From the NCBI GenBank assembly GCA_001724265.1, contig MEDY01000153.1:1-61223 (forward strand): DNA of 61,223 nt. The letters run 5' to 3'. This DNA comes from Rhizaria sp. SCN 62-66 (lineage: Eukaryota). The position numbers and the translations under genes were made by a program. Below are positions 23,901-35,044 of this stretch, piece after piece. How positions within the stretch are numbered: the first letter of the stretch is position 1; each line of letters begins with the position of its first letter. The notes beneath the pieces are model-generated. The model had not been told where the DNA came from and searched no databases. It was given only the letters and a program-made list of their open reading frames with translations.

Positions 23901-23956
23901 AAGGCCGTGAGGCACGCAACCAACAGGCACACAAGCAGTGCCAGGTTCAGCCTCAT
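20942..23956 (-). CDS. Secreted protein-glutamine gamma-glutamyltransferase (animal/Factor XIIIa-type transglutaminase) with an acidic Glu/Ala-rich pro-region; 1004 aa; stop TAA
   Basis: Signal peptide [23 protein letters not shown]. TGase core motifs: [31 protein letters not shown] (catalytic Cys at 22517-22519), [16 protein letters not shown] (His), [11 protein letters not shown] (Asp). Confidence 0.9.
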   Translation of the reverse strand: MRLNLALLVCLLVACLTAFMAHSTTVEAESGLFNALDLAADLEVEADANTLALLELNAEMDADAEAELDAEAEMDAEAENESELELEAESETENELEAEADAEAETESESEIVIEPQYTSLVEADAEAEVDAEADAEVDAEAEAEVEAETEAEAEVDAEVEAEAETEVEAEVEAEAEAEAESEAFVEAELEAETEVSAEAAATLAAAAAVVSEAAMEAGSTVIPAELSSLPMTNLDTYSTFYETNLKVHSTTKYRTTSGARPANAIVLRLHAAFAVQIPRNSLPAGSKLRFVDQIGQAIDATLLKVDRGRIILANKRAIGRYYLEAVVGTKLVYRAKDLFYFVFNPMHSDCVSYVSAADRVKYGSNSELNVDLNEHLFSEFGAIYQGSSRAPPTWIPWAFNQYDMTVIDITMGFLLRFTIAQRADPVRVSRFLTTAGYRVLAGRWDNNYADGNAPWTWTSSLPIFARFVTSQSPVKYGQCWVFSAILVSMARSIGYPTRSVTNMDSAHKYIHRTGVSKDNKCYTHFTQSASGEYTWEKAKDDASIWNFHVWADVWFRRTDIANGNGWQAVDATPQEKSYEGPNELPFTRHDYFNGPASLDALQRLDFNSKYDAAFLSAASNCAKVTRVRKYNSNNYVVTKTDTETVGRYMITKMPDSLCTSETLGQRGYTSVCNANAARSYSRVGTFLEMGAFTNASVEFEAETEVDTEVYAPALPLKSSVLPVRANKDDIGPARFGDNLRFEIKYSGSSAVVYRWTITAEAVSTRNAEDDPTSRLRTVMGTFRTDASGTPTGKPMVMEWDRALWVSSPVQAAFKWTNNFRIRMSVDAVEGEADGAMFFDEIALQINQPYVSINCGGVSEYTKGDTLSCSVALTDPEGVVKLTDAVVGIEVAGQTTASRPEVARFPAPVLERGPKGEHIYTFGGLTAKLDTASSRWVGAIVSISSAELPTMTATELILVKDPNDKSTEARVKPGFFRGVRDAYSALTANRRTANDVATAARERF
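23370..23835 (-). repeat. Coding (Glu-Ala)n / EAEVE low-complexity repeat in the transglutaminase
   Basis: Tandem GAGGCT/GAGGCC hexamers on the minus strand. Confidence 0.85.
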
Positions 23957-24824
23957 CACTGGGAGAGGGGGCAAGCACGAGAAGGGAAGGGGCAAACAGA
24001 ATGGAGGCGGACGCGAATATAGAGGAAATAAACAGGGATGGTGAGGTCACTAAGGGGTGTTTGTCGGATATCGCACTCTAAATACGTCGTTCTTAAGCAG
24101 GCAAACACTAAAATTCATAGTGATGCGTATTGTGGGACATGAAATAGTCCTGGAGTGAGTGCCCATACGGATCATCCCACCAACCCAACGAACATCATCA
24201 GGCCGACCCTGATCTGGCACCCACGCCAACAAAACAAATTAAAATGCAAAGAACACAGATTGGCAAAGCGAAATTGTGTTGCTCGTGACCAGTTGACCGC
24301 AGGAAAGCCGCATACAGCACGAATTAGTATCCCACATGGTCCCCCTTGTCTCGCTCTCAAAGTTAGGCCGCTCGGTTGATTGACTCAGTCCAACAGTCGA
24401 ACTCTCGCTCGACCTTTGCTCCACACAAGCACAGCCCACATCCATCGCGCCCAATCTTGAGCGACTTCGCACGGTATCGAAACGTCCGTAAAACGGGGCG
24501 TATTTTGAACATAGTATTAAACCTTAAAATTTATCTTTATGAATAATTGAGTTAGTCTTATATCTGCAACAGAGACTCACCCAGCACTAATTTCTTTCAT
24601 CGCCCCCTTCTCTCTTGCAAAGCACTTCGACTTCCACTCGCCGATTGATCCCCGGCTCCTGTGCGTTCCTTCTTTCGACATCCGCGCCCCGCGCTTGCTT
24701 TGCGCCTTCTTTGCGCGCCCCTCCCCCGCGTTTTCAGCCCTTCTCGCGTGGATAACTGACCCGCAGCAGCAACCGCAGCAGCACCAACTCACTCAGTTTC
24801 CGCCTTCTCGAAGTCGTCGCCACG

Positions 24825-27800
24825 ATGGTACTGTGCACCGCGTGCGGCCTGGCCGCCGTGCAGGACGTTGACGGCGTGCTGTCGTGCACCAACTGCGGCT
24901 TCATGCTCGCTGACTCGACCATCGTTAACGAAATCGGCTTCCAGGACTCTGCCAACGGCGCCAGCTCCGTCGTCGGCCAGTTCGTGCCATCGTCCGGCCC
25001 GCGCACGCTGTCGATGGGCGGCGGCCGCGGCATGCCGCAGGGCCACTCGCGCAACTCGCGCGAAGTGACCATTGTCAAGGGCAAGAACATCATTGCGCGC
25101 ATCGCGCAGCAGCTGCCGTCGCTGCAGAACCACCAGGGTGTGCTCGACTCCGCCGCCAAGCTCTACCAGCACGCCGTCGAGAACAAGTTCATCCAGGGCC
25201 GCAAGTCGGAGAACGTGGCCGCCGCGTGCCTCTACGTCGCTTGCCGCCGTACCAACATGAACCAGCTGCTCATCGACTTCTCGGACGTGCTCCACGTCAA
25301 CGTCTTCGTGCTGGGCAACGTCGTCGTCCGCTTCACGCAGCGGCTCAGCCTACGTCTCCCGCTCACGGACCCGTCGCTGTACATGGACCGCTTCGCCAAC
25401 GACCTGGACCTGGGCCAGCACGCGTACCAGGTTGCCTCCACGGGGCTGCGCCTGCTGTCGCACATGCGCCGCGACTGGCTCGTCACGGGCCGCCGCCCCG
25501 CGGGCCTCTGCGGCGCGTGCCTGCTCGTGGCGACTCGCATCCACAACTTCACGCGCTCCGAGAACGAGGTCGCGCGCGTGGTCCGCGTGTCCGAGACGAC
25601 CCTTGCGCGGCGCATCACCGAGTTTGCGGCCACACCCACGGTCGACATGCTGACCGAGGAGCTCGGCGACCTGCCGCGCCTGGACCCCAAGGCCGTCGCG
25701 CCCGGGCTCGCGATGGACCCGCCCGCGTTCGCGCGCGCCGAGGCCGCGGCAGACCGGCGCCGCCGGCTGCGCGTGCTGCTCAACCACCGGCCCGACCTCC
25801 ACGCGCTGCTGCTGCCGCCCACGCCGGCCGCGGCGGCCATCGCGGCGGCCGCGGCCGAGGCGGCCGCCAAGGCGGCTGCGCTGCCGGCGCCGCCTACGTC
25901 TGCGGTGACGGCGACGGGCGCGGGCGCGGACGCCGCGGCCGAGATCGAGGCCGCGCTGGCGTCGCTCACTAACAGCGCAAACTCCACCAATAGCGACGGC
26001 GGCGGCAGCAGTGCGGGTGCGGGCGCGAGTGCAGGTGTGGGTGGAGCGAGCGCGGGCGCCGGCAGCAAGGGGGCCGCTGGCGGCCCGGCGGCCGTGGGCG
26101 TGAGTGGGTCGGGCGTGGTGAGCCGCGCGCTCGCCGCGGCGGGCTCCGAGCTGCCCGACGCATCGGTGCTCTCGCTGGCGGACGACGACCTCGACGACGT
26201 GGTGCGCCAGATCCGCGGCGTGCTCAAGCTCTTCCCCGTGCTCAACCAGGTCGCTGATATGGTGCTGCTGCAGGCGGGCAACTCAGCGCTCGACCCGCTC
26301 AACAGCGCCGCTGGGCAAGGACCCACCGGCCTGCGGCCCGGGCGGATGACCGCCGACCAGCGCGCCGCCGTGGCTTCCTCGGCGGCGGCTTCCGCGGCCG
26401 CGGCAGCCAACGTGCCCGCGGACCTCGCGCGGCCGTCGGCGCGCGCTCAGCAGCAGCAGCAGCAGCAGGGCCAGGGAGACTCCGACTCTGATAACGATGA
26501 CGATGACTCGCAGTCGAAGTCGAAGAGCAAGGTCAAGACCGAGGTTAAGATAGAGACCCGCGCAATCAAAGCCGAGGGTGGTAAGATCAAGAATGAGAAC
26601 GGCTCAGCAGCTGTCAGTATTGACACCAAGGGCAGCAGCCGCAGTCGCAGCGCGGCGGCCGCGGGATCTGACTCGGAGAGCCGCAGCGTCAGTGATGACA
26701 ACGACGACGATGAAGAGGAAGAGGAGGACGAGAGTGACGTTGCAAGCCACCGTGGCCGCAAGGGTCGCAAGGGCTCTCATAGCAAGAGCAAGAGCAGCCG
26801 CAAGGGCAGCGGTTCTGACTCGTCCCGCGCCCTCATTGTCGCCGACTCCGCCGCCGACTGCGCCTCTGCCGGCGTCGTCGGTGTCGCCAACGGGGCCTTG
26901 GGCGCCGCGCTGGCGCCGATCCCCGCCGTACGGCTGCCGCGCCGCGGCGGCGACGACTGGCAGGCCGCGCGCGTGGCGCATCTGCGCTCGGCGCTGGGCG
27001 CGGACTCGGTCACCGACGACGACCTCGCCGCGCTCATCGACCAGGTACGTCAATTGTGATGTAAGATATATGTCGCGGATTTAACATGTTAGCTGTACAA
27101 ATGTGTAATGTTTAACGTTGCGCTGTGTATTCCGATATTTTTCTAATTTTAAAGCAAATATCATTTATTTGCCTTCTCAATCATCTGAACATATCTCTTT
27201 CTTCGCTTCACATCACAGGTGCACGACAGCTCCGACCCACGCGCGCACCCCAAGACCCTGGCCCGGTCCGGCGACCTGGCGCTGCTGACGGCGATCGAGC
27301 GCGCGGCGCTTGTCCCGTCGCTGGCGCTCACGCCGCTGCCCTCGGACGCGGCTCTGGCGCTGTCCGACCGCGTCGACGGCGACTTCGCCGCGCGCGAGCG
27401 GCGGCGCGCAGCCGAGCTGGACGCCGGCTACGCGCCCGCGTTGGCGCGGCTGGTGGCGGACCTCGAGGCGTACCGGCTCGAGGAGAGCAAGACGGGGCTC
27501 GACGATTTACCTGATGGCGACGTCGATGAGCTCATCTCCTCCACCGAGGAGCGCCGTCTCCAGGCCAAGCTCTGGCTGCGGCTCAACGAGGGCTTTCTGC
27601 GCGAGCAGGCGCGGCGGCGCGCCGACGACGAGGCCGCGGGGCTGCAGCCGCGGCCGGCGGGCGCGGCGGGGCGCGGGCGCGGGCGGCGCGCCGAGGCCGC
27701 GGACCCGGCGGCAGCGCTGCACACCCGCGTCAACGTCGACGTGCTGGCGCAGCTGGGCTCGGACGCGGGCGGCGCCGACGGCGGGCTGGCCGCGCTTATG

Positions 27801-29015
27801 GCCACGCCCGCGGCCGGCGCCGGGGCCGCGGCGCTCGCGGGCAGGGCAGCCCCGGGCAGGACGGCCATGGGCGACGACAGCGATGTTGAGGAAGACGAGG
27901 ACGAGGACGCTGCGGCGCTGCTGGGCCGTGGCGGCGCCAAGAGAGAGACCGACCGGGCTAATGTCAAGGCCAAGACCGCCGCCAAGGCCCAGGACAAGAA
28001 GGCCCTGGGCAAGGGCAAGGCCGGCAAACCCGGCGACAGCGACGAGGAAGAAGAGGAAGAGGACGAGGACGAGGACGACGCGAGCAGAGGCAGACGCGGC
28101 GCCGGTGCCGCTGCGGCCGCCGCCAAGAGGGCTGCCGCGGCGGCTGCGCGCGCGCAGCTGCAGCAGCCGCCTATGCCCTCGTCCGGCGCCCCCGCGGTCT
28201 CCGAGGCTGCCGCCGCCGCGGCCGCAGCCGCAGCGGCCGCCGCGTCCTCTGCGGCGAACATCACCGCGACGGGCGACCTCGGCCGCATCCTCAGCGAGTT
28301 CGCGTCCCCGACTTCCTCCAGCGCCGCCGCCGCGACGGCCGCCGGCGTGGGCGCCGCGCTGGGTTCGCCAATCGCGTCCACTCCCGTCACCGGCGCCAGT
28401 GTCGGAGCCGCTGCCGGCGGCGCAGGCGCGGGCGCGGCGGGCGCGGGCGCGAACTACATGAGTCTGATCGGTGGCGCGGCCGGCAAGCGGCGGCCCGCGC
28501 AAGCGGGGCCTATGCCCGGTGCCAGGGCCGGCGCGGCCGGTGCCAATGCCAATGCCGGTGCTGCGGGCTCCGCCAACAAGTCTGACGCGACTCCCGGCGC
28601 CGCTGCTGCTCAAACGCAGCGGTCGCAGCCAGTCCAGACGTTGGTGTCGATGACGCAGGTGCCGTCGTCGCAGGTGGCTGCGCCGATGGGCTTTACACAG
28701 TCCTCGCTGCCCTTCGCGGACGCGTTCAGCGACGACTTGCCCTCACGGTTGCAGGCGCAGACGGGGGATGAGATGGAGATGGAGGTCACTAGCAGTAACT
28801 CCAGCTCCAACTCCAAGAACTCCAACGCAGCGGACGCGGCGGCTGTGCAGCTCCCCGCGCCTGCCGCCACTGCTACGAAGCCCGCGGCTGCGGCGCAGCA
28901 GAGCCAGAGCGCGCTTCTGGCCGGTCTGGTCGGCGGCGTCGGGGCGCGCGCCAAGAGCAAGGCGCCCACGGGGCCCGTGGCCAAGGCGCCCGCCAAGAGG
29001 CCTAACGCCAAGTAA
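24825..29015 (+). CDS. BRF1: TFIIIB subunit BRF1; exons 24825-27044, 27219-29015; 1338 aa; stop TAA
   Basis: Zn ribbon CTAC..CTNCG, cyclin folds (FIQGRKSENVAAACLYVACR, LLIDFSD, DPSLYMDRFA, MRRDWLVTGRRPAGLCGACL, TLARRITEF) and a C-terminal TBP-binding-like block (DDLPDGDVDELISSTEERRLQAKLWLRLN). Confidence 0.92.
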
Positions 29016-29799
29016 ACGACGGCTGCGCAATGATGACCATGGAACTGGATACCTAGTTTATGATAGTAAGTAAGATAACAGAGAATGGTGATGATAATAC
29101 ACAAATGTGCCAATGCATTGACTTGAAGCTTGTTCGTTTTTAGTTGGAACGAGGGACATGCGCATCGAAGAGAAAGAAACGATGCGTTGGCCATATAGTG
29201 CATCGAAGGGGATTTATTTACTGAAATAGAATAATGACGATGGGCTTTGCTTCATGTGGCTATGCGCTGAAATCGGAAACTCCACAGGGGCATTTTTTTT
29301 CGGAACCAGGTCAACAAAATCTTCGACCATGCTGTCGCTGGCTGGCGTCGAGTCCAACTTCAACCACGTTGCTAGGGCCGTATCTTCGTTATTGTGAAAA
29401 TCTGTAACTATTTTAAGCACTTAGGTGGTTGGAAATATTTGCATATTCAACTGTGTTTTCTGTGGATGTCATCTTGAGCTGCGGAAGGACTGGGCTGACA
29501 CAGCAGGGATCCTCCCTCCAACTGACTGGTCAGCACGTCTTTCCACCGTCCTCAAAGTCCCGCAACATCACATAACTGGATGCATTGTTACTGTATCGTT
29601 GCCGTGTGGCGTGCTATATTTAATTCGTAGGTTAACCCCTTCAACAGGTCGGGCTTCTCTGTAGTATCGCACTTGCCTTTTCCTCTGGGTCGTTGTTGCT
29701 GTGCTGCTCGCACTCACTCACCTTCCGTCTCACACTGCTCCCACCTCGCCAATCACGTCCCCCACCGTCTCCTTTCACCACAGACCGTTCTCTGTCACG

Positions 29800-32709
29800 A
29801 TGCAGTTCGTTGACATGGAGAACCGCGACGGCGTGCGTTTCTCGTGGAACGTGCTGCCCACAAACCGCGTCTCGGCACAGCGGCTGGCTGTCCCCATCGG
29901 CTGCCTCTACACGCCGCTCAAGCCGCTTCAGGGACTCGGCACCGTCAACTACAAGCCCGTGCTCTGCCCCAACGCGCAGTGCGGCGCCATTCTCAACCCT
30001 TATTGGTACGTAGCTGCTCTTATCTCTTTCTCGGCAAGCATTAGTTTGCTGTTGCAGAGCAATATCTCGCGAATAGTCAATATTGTGTTGGTATTCCGAG
30101 ATCAGATTCTCATGATCTAACAAAATACGGATATATCCATACGCCACTTGTTCATCATGTTTGAATCTCAATCTCTTTTGCGACTTCTGCTCTATCCCAG
30201 CGCGATTGCGTCTGCGAAGCTGTGGATCTGCCCCTTCTGCTCTGGCCGCAACGCCTTCCCGGCCAACTACGCCGACATCTCCGCCTCGAACCGGCCCGCC
30301 GAGACGATGCCGCAGTACACCACGCTTGAGTACGTGCTGGACTCGACGGAGAAGCCGCCCGTGTTTCTGTTCGTGATCGACACGAGCCTCATCGCCGATG
30401 AGCTCACCGCGCTCAAGCAGGCCATCCTCGAGGCGATGATGCTGCTGCCCGACAACGCGCTCGTCGGCGTCATCGCGTTCGGCTCCGACGTCCACATCTA
30501 CGAGCTCGCTTTCCGCGCCTTCCCCAAGTCCTACTGCATCAAGGGCGCGACCAAGGCAGCCGACATCCGCCTCCCCGCGGCAGCGACTGTCGCGCACCCT
30601 ACCACGGCCGCCGCCGCCGCTGCCGCCGCGGCCGCCGCGGCCGCCGCGCGCCCCGAGCAGAAGGGCCCTGACGGACTCCCGCTGCCAGGCTCCGCGGCCG
30701 CCGCCGCCGCCGCCGCCGCTGCCGAGGCGAGCAAGAGTCGGTTCTTCCTGCCATTCACCGAGTGTGACTCGCAGCTGACGATGATCTTCGACGACATGGC
30801 GCGCGACCGCTGGCCGCAGGAGCGCGGGCAGCGCCACGACCGCTGCACGGGCACGGCCGTTGCCGTCGCGCTCAAGCTGCTGGAGAACGGCTTCAAGACG
30901 AGCAACGCGCGCGTCATGCTCTTCGCTGGCGGGCCCGCGACCGTGGGACAGGGCACCGTCGTCGGCAAGGAAGAGAAGATCCCCATCCGCTCGCACAAGG
31001 ACATCGACCGCGACGAGGCGCCGCTGCTCGCGCCCGCTACGGCTTTCTACACCTCGCTCGCCACGCAGGCGGCCGGTAACGGACACGTCATCGACATCTT
31101 CGCGGGCTGTCTCGACCAGGTACGCTTCAGACAGCAGGACATCGCGCAAACCTCATCATGTCATGAATATACTATAGTACTAAATATGTGGAACTGGTAG
31201 AGACTGTTTTGTTTGTAATTAGCTTATTTAGATCCTTCTTCGTTGTTATATCTTGCTTACAACCCCGTTCCTACAGGTCGGTCTGGTGGAGATGCATTCG
31301 ATGGTGACGACGACGGGTGGCAACCTCGTCCTGGACGACTCGTTCACGCGCGGCGCCTTCCAGGGCTCGCTGCGCCGCCTCTTTGCCGTGGACCCCGACG
31401 ACAACAACGACCTCATCATGGCCTTCAACGCCGAGACGCAGGTCATCTGCTCCAAGGAGATCAAGGTCCAGGGCGCGAGCGGCCACCTGACCTCGCTCAA
31501 CCGCAAGTCGACCTCGGTGGCCGAGACGACCGTGGGCGTGGGCGGCACTTGCGCGTGGCGGCTGGGCGGCATCGACCACACGGCCACGGCGGCCTTCTTC
31601 TTCGACCTGACCAACACGGCCACCGCGCCGCCCGCGGCCGGCGCGCCACAGGGCCCGCAGCAGTGCTACGTGCAGATCGCCACCAAGTACCGCCACTCCT
31701 CGGGCCGGCTCCACCTCCGCGTCACCACGGTCGCCAAGCCGCTGCAGCAGCTCGACACGCCCGCCGGGCACGCCGCCATCCGCGTCGCCTTCGACCAGGT
31801 ACGGCGATGCATCGCATAGATATGCGTCAATATGACTCACTCTCAAGTACTCTGTGGGATTCCATTCAACTCATGTTTTATTCTACTGTTTTTCTGTTCT
31901 GTATCTATCATCATCTCTAACATTATCCTATCGTCTTATTTCATCACGTTTGCCTTCTCTGCTCGCAGGAGGCCGCCGCTGCGGTCATGACCCGCTACGC
32001 GCTGACGCGCACCGCGATCGAAACACCAGTGGAGCTGATGCGCCTGCTGGACCGCATCCTGATTCGCTTTGCGTCCCGCTTTGGCCGCTACACCAAGGGC
32101 GACCCGAACTCGTTCCAGCTGGCACCGGAGCTGGCCTTCTACCCGCAGTTCATGTTCCACCTGCGGCGCAGCCAGTTCCTGCAGCTGTTCAACAACTCGC
32201 CCGACGAGATGGCCTTCTTCCGCACGATCGGCAACCGCGAAAACACGGTCAACACGCTGGTGATGATCCAGCCCACGCTGACGGCCTACTCGCTCAACGG
32301 GCCCGCCGCGCCGGCCTCGCTTGACGTGTCGTCCATCGCGTCGGACCGCATCCTCCTGCTCGACACCTTCTTCCACATCGTCGTGTGGTACGGCGACACG
32401 ATCAACCGCTGGCGCGCGGACAATGTGCAGGCGAACCCGCAGTACGCGCACTTCGCGCAGCTGCTCAAGGCCCCGGCGCAGGACGCCAAAGCGCTCATGG
32501 CGACGCGCTTCCCCACGCCGCGCTACATCGAGTGCGTCGAGAACGGCTCGCAGGCGCGCTTCCTGCTCGTTAAGCTGGACCCCTCGAGCACGGCGCAGTC
32601 GACTGCCCAGTCCTTCGCGGGCGGCGAGCCCGCCGTGTTCACTGAGGACGTGTCGCTCAAGAAGTTTGTCCAGCACCTCAAGAAGGTCGCTGTCATGGAC
32701 CAGAACTAA
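29800..32709 (+). CDS. SEC23: COPII coat protein SEC23; exons 29800-30005, 30201-31119, 31277-31798, 31969-32709; 795 aa; stop TAA
   Basis: DGVRFSWNVLP, PIGCLYTPLK, Zn finger C..C/WICPFC, PPVFLFVID, GGPATVGQG, PIRSHKDI, FDQEAAA, YPQFMFHLRRSQFLQLFNNSPDE, GSQARFLL, TEDVSL. Confidence 0.97.
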
Positions 32710-33389
32710 GCAGAGGTAAAGTATGAGTAGTATTTGTGTTGTTGTGTCTATCATTGTGTTTGTGTTATCATTAACCTATTTTTCATAGTTTGGAATACAG
32801 AATAAGGAGCTTTGAAAGGATGATAGCAAATGTCATGGATAGAAGTGTGAGTGCTTTAAAGAGTAGTAATGTATGTAAATCATAGAGTTTAATAAGTGAG
32901 TGAAAATGACAGCGTTAGCGCGCTGGTGCGGCAGCAACAAAGGCCGCACGCAACGTCAAAAACAACAGTAACAACAGCACAGCAAGCAGCTCATGGCGGG
33001 GTGACTTCGACCATCGGGCTGCGGAAGTATATAAACATAAACAACAGCACTGCGTGCGGACACGCGTGCGCAACCGCCAAAAAGGAAAGACTTGAATCGA
33101 TATAGGAAATCGGCATGGTGTTGGTCGTGTACAGCAGAGGAAGAGACTATGTAACGGGAATCAAGGTGATTCAGGCAAGCGTTTGTCGTAAGAAAAACAA
33201 CCAACCTGAGATTGTAGTGAAAGAGTGTGTACATTTAAGTACTTAAATGTTTAACATGTGAACGTGTGGGAGCGAGTTCGGGGTGTCGAGCGGATGATAT
33301 AAGCATTCGCAGCGCTACTATGTAATAACCCTCTCAGAACCGCCCCTCAAGTGAGAAACGCGAGTGAGAACGCACAGCTCGGCGAGCGC

Positions 33390-34586
33390 TTAGACGCGCA
33401 TGTTGCGAAGGTTCTCCTCGATAGCGGCCATGTCAGCGCCGGCGGTGGCGACAGGCGCGGCCTTCTGGGGCACGCCGCTGCCGACGCCGAGCCCGGCGGC
33501 CTGCTTGATGAGCGAGGTCGCGTAGTTGAACATGCTGTTGACGGTGCCGTTGCTGCGGGCCGCCGCGGAGGACGGGGACATCGCGGCCAGCGGGCGGGGC
33601 GCCACGGCGGCGGCAGACGCGGTAGCGGAGACGGCGGCGGCGTGCGCGGGGCTGGGGGCGGCGGAAGAGAGCGCGCAGGGGATGGCCGAGTTGTACGCAC
33701 TGGGGCGGGCCGCGGTGTCCTTGCTCTCATCGGCGGCGGCGCTAAGCTCGTCGTCGAAGGCGGAGCGGCTGCCGCGGGACAGCGCGGGGCTGTTGGTGGG
33801 GAGCGCGGCGTCGCCCATGAGCCAGGCGTCGATCTCGTCCTGCACGGCGAAGCCCTGGCCGGCGGGCGCGCAGGGGCCCATGTCCTCGGGCTCGTCCGCG
33901 GCGGCCGCGTCGAGCTCGTCCTCGGACTCGGCGTCGATGTCAATGCCGTCCTCGGCCGCCCAGCGCCGGCGAATCGCGCCGCGCGGGGGGATGATCTTGG
34001 TCTGGTTGAAGATGGAGAAGTTCAGGCGCTTCTTCTCGGAGGAGCGAGGGACATTCTTGGCCGTGGAGAGGATCGAAACTGGGGTGCCGTCGCCGTTGCG
34101 GCGGGGCTTGGTCTTGAGAGGGGACAGGAGCGTAGGGGAAACGCCGCAGTTGCGGCGCGCCTCGGGGTTGTTCTCGTCCTTAGGTGGAGACGGGGGCAGC
34201 TCGACCTCAAGCAGGGAGAAGTTTGAGCCCTGGGAGCGACGCTCGTAATTGAACTGCTTGCGGTGCCACTCCTGCAGACGCTCAATGAGCTGCTCGCGGG
34301 TGCCACGGCCGCCAATCTGAAGCTTCATGCAGAGCTTCTGAAGGTCACGGAAGGTCCTGTCAAAATGTATCACAGAAAAAGTCGAGTTATAATGAGTGAA
34401 GACGTGGGGCGTGCGAATCGGAAGGGTCGTCGAGCGAGTGCGGTTTCATGCCGGTTTCATGTCAAGAAGTAGTGCAGAAGTAAAAAGTAAGTTCACTTAC
34501 CACTTGTCATCATCAAGAAGTCCAGGGTTAAAGGTAATGTAGGCGCTGGGGAGGTTAGCCTTAGCATCACAGATCTGGCGAGACAT
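33390..34586 (-). CDS. SAP-domain protein with SP/TP-rich region and candidate PP1-docking motifs; exons 34586-34501, 34356-33390; 350 aa; stop TAA
   Basis: The spliced N-terminus ...LLDDDKWTFRDLQKLCMKLQIGGRGTREQLIERLQEW fits the SAP pattern. A GTAAGT..ACAG phase-2 intron restores the frame. Confidence 0.7.
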
Positions 34587-34656
34587 CCTGTGCGGACACG
34601 AAACGCTGCGGTAGGTGGGGGAATACGGCAAGTCGGATATTTCGCGTGAGATGCAA

Positions 34657-34883
34657 AGCCGTTGAGATATAATTTTAAGAACAAGTATTTACATGTGTAA
34701 ATCCGTAGGAAATAGTGTTTTCATGCACGCTAAAAGGCAGTAACCAGTTATTTTGCTAATAACAACACGGCCTAGACACCTCTCGGTTTCGCCCACCCCC
34801 CTCGAAGCCGCCAGCAGCTGCGACGAATCTTGGTCTCGGATCAACGGCTCTAATCTGCAGCGACTGTGGGCAGAGCCGTTGGA
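34657..34883. promoter_or_regulatory. Cluster of three MSA-like (CAACGGCT) MYB-type elements in a bidirectional promoter
   Basis: TCTCAACGGCT (minus, 34657-34667), TCAACGGCTC (plus, 34841-34850), TCCAACGGCTC (minus, 34873-34883). Function is inferred only. Confidence 0.55.
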
Positions 34884-35044
34884 GATGTGGGCCCAACTTA
34901 AAGCGACGCTGATCTGCGTAACGCCATCATCAAAAAGGTAACCCTTAAAATATAATGTACTTTTAGTTGTTTTCTATTCACACAAATCACTCAGAGTCCG
35001 TCCAAACAAACATCTCCTTACAAACACCTGACCTTCTTAGGCGC

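Noticed and set aside
21203..24022. Long antisense or alternate-frame ORFs (for example 21203-24022 +, 9795-11597 +, 46527-48479 +, 57799-60378 -)
   Set aside because: They are shadows of real genes. High GC3 removes stops from other frames, and the products have no recognisable motifs.
29214..29640. Short minus-strand ORF and mid-GC stretch between BRF1 and SEC23, possibly a degraded gene or TE fragment
   Set aside because: No identifiable motif, all frames are interrupted, and no terminal repeats are seen.
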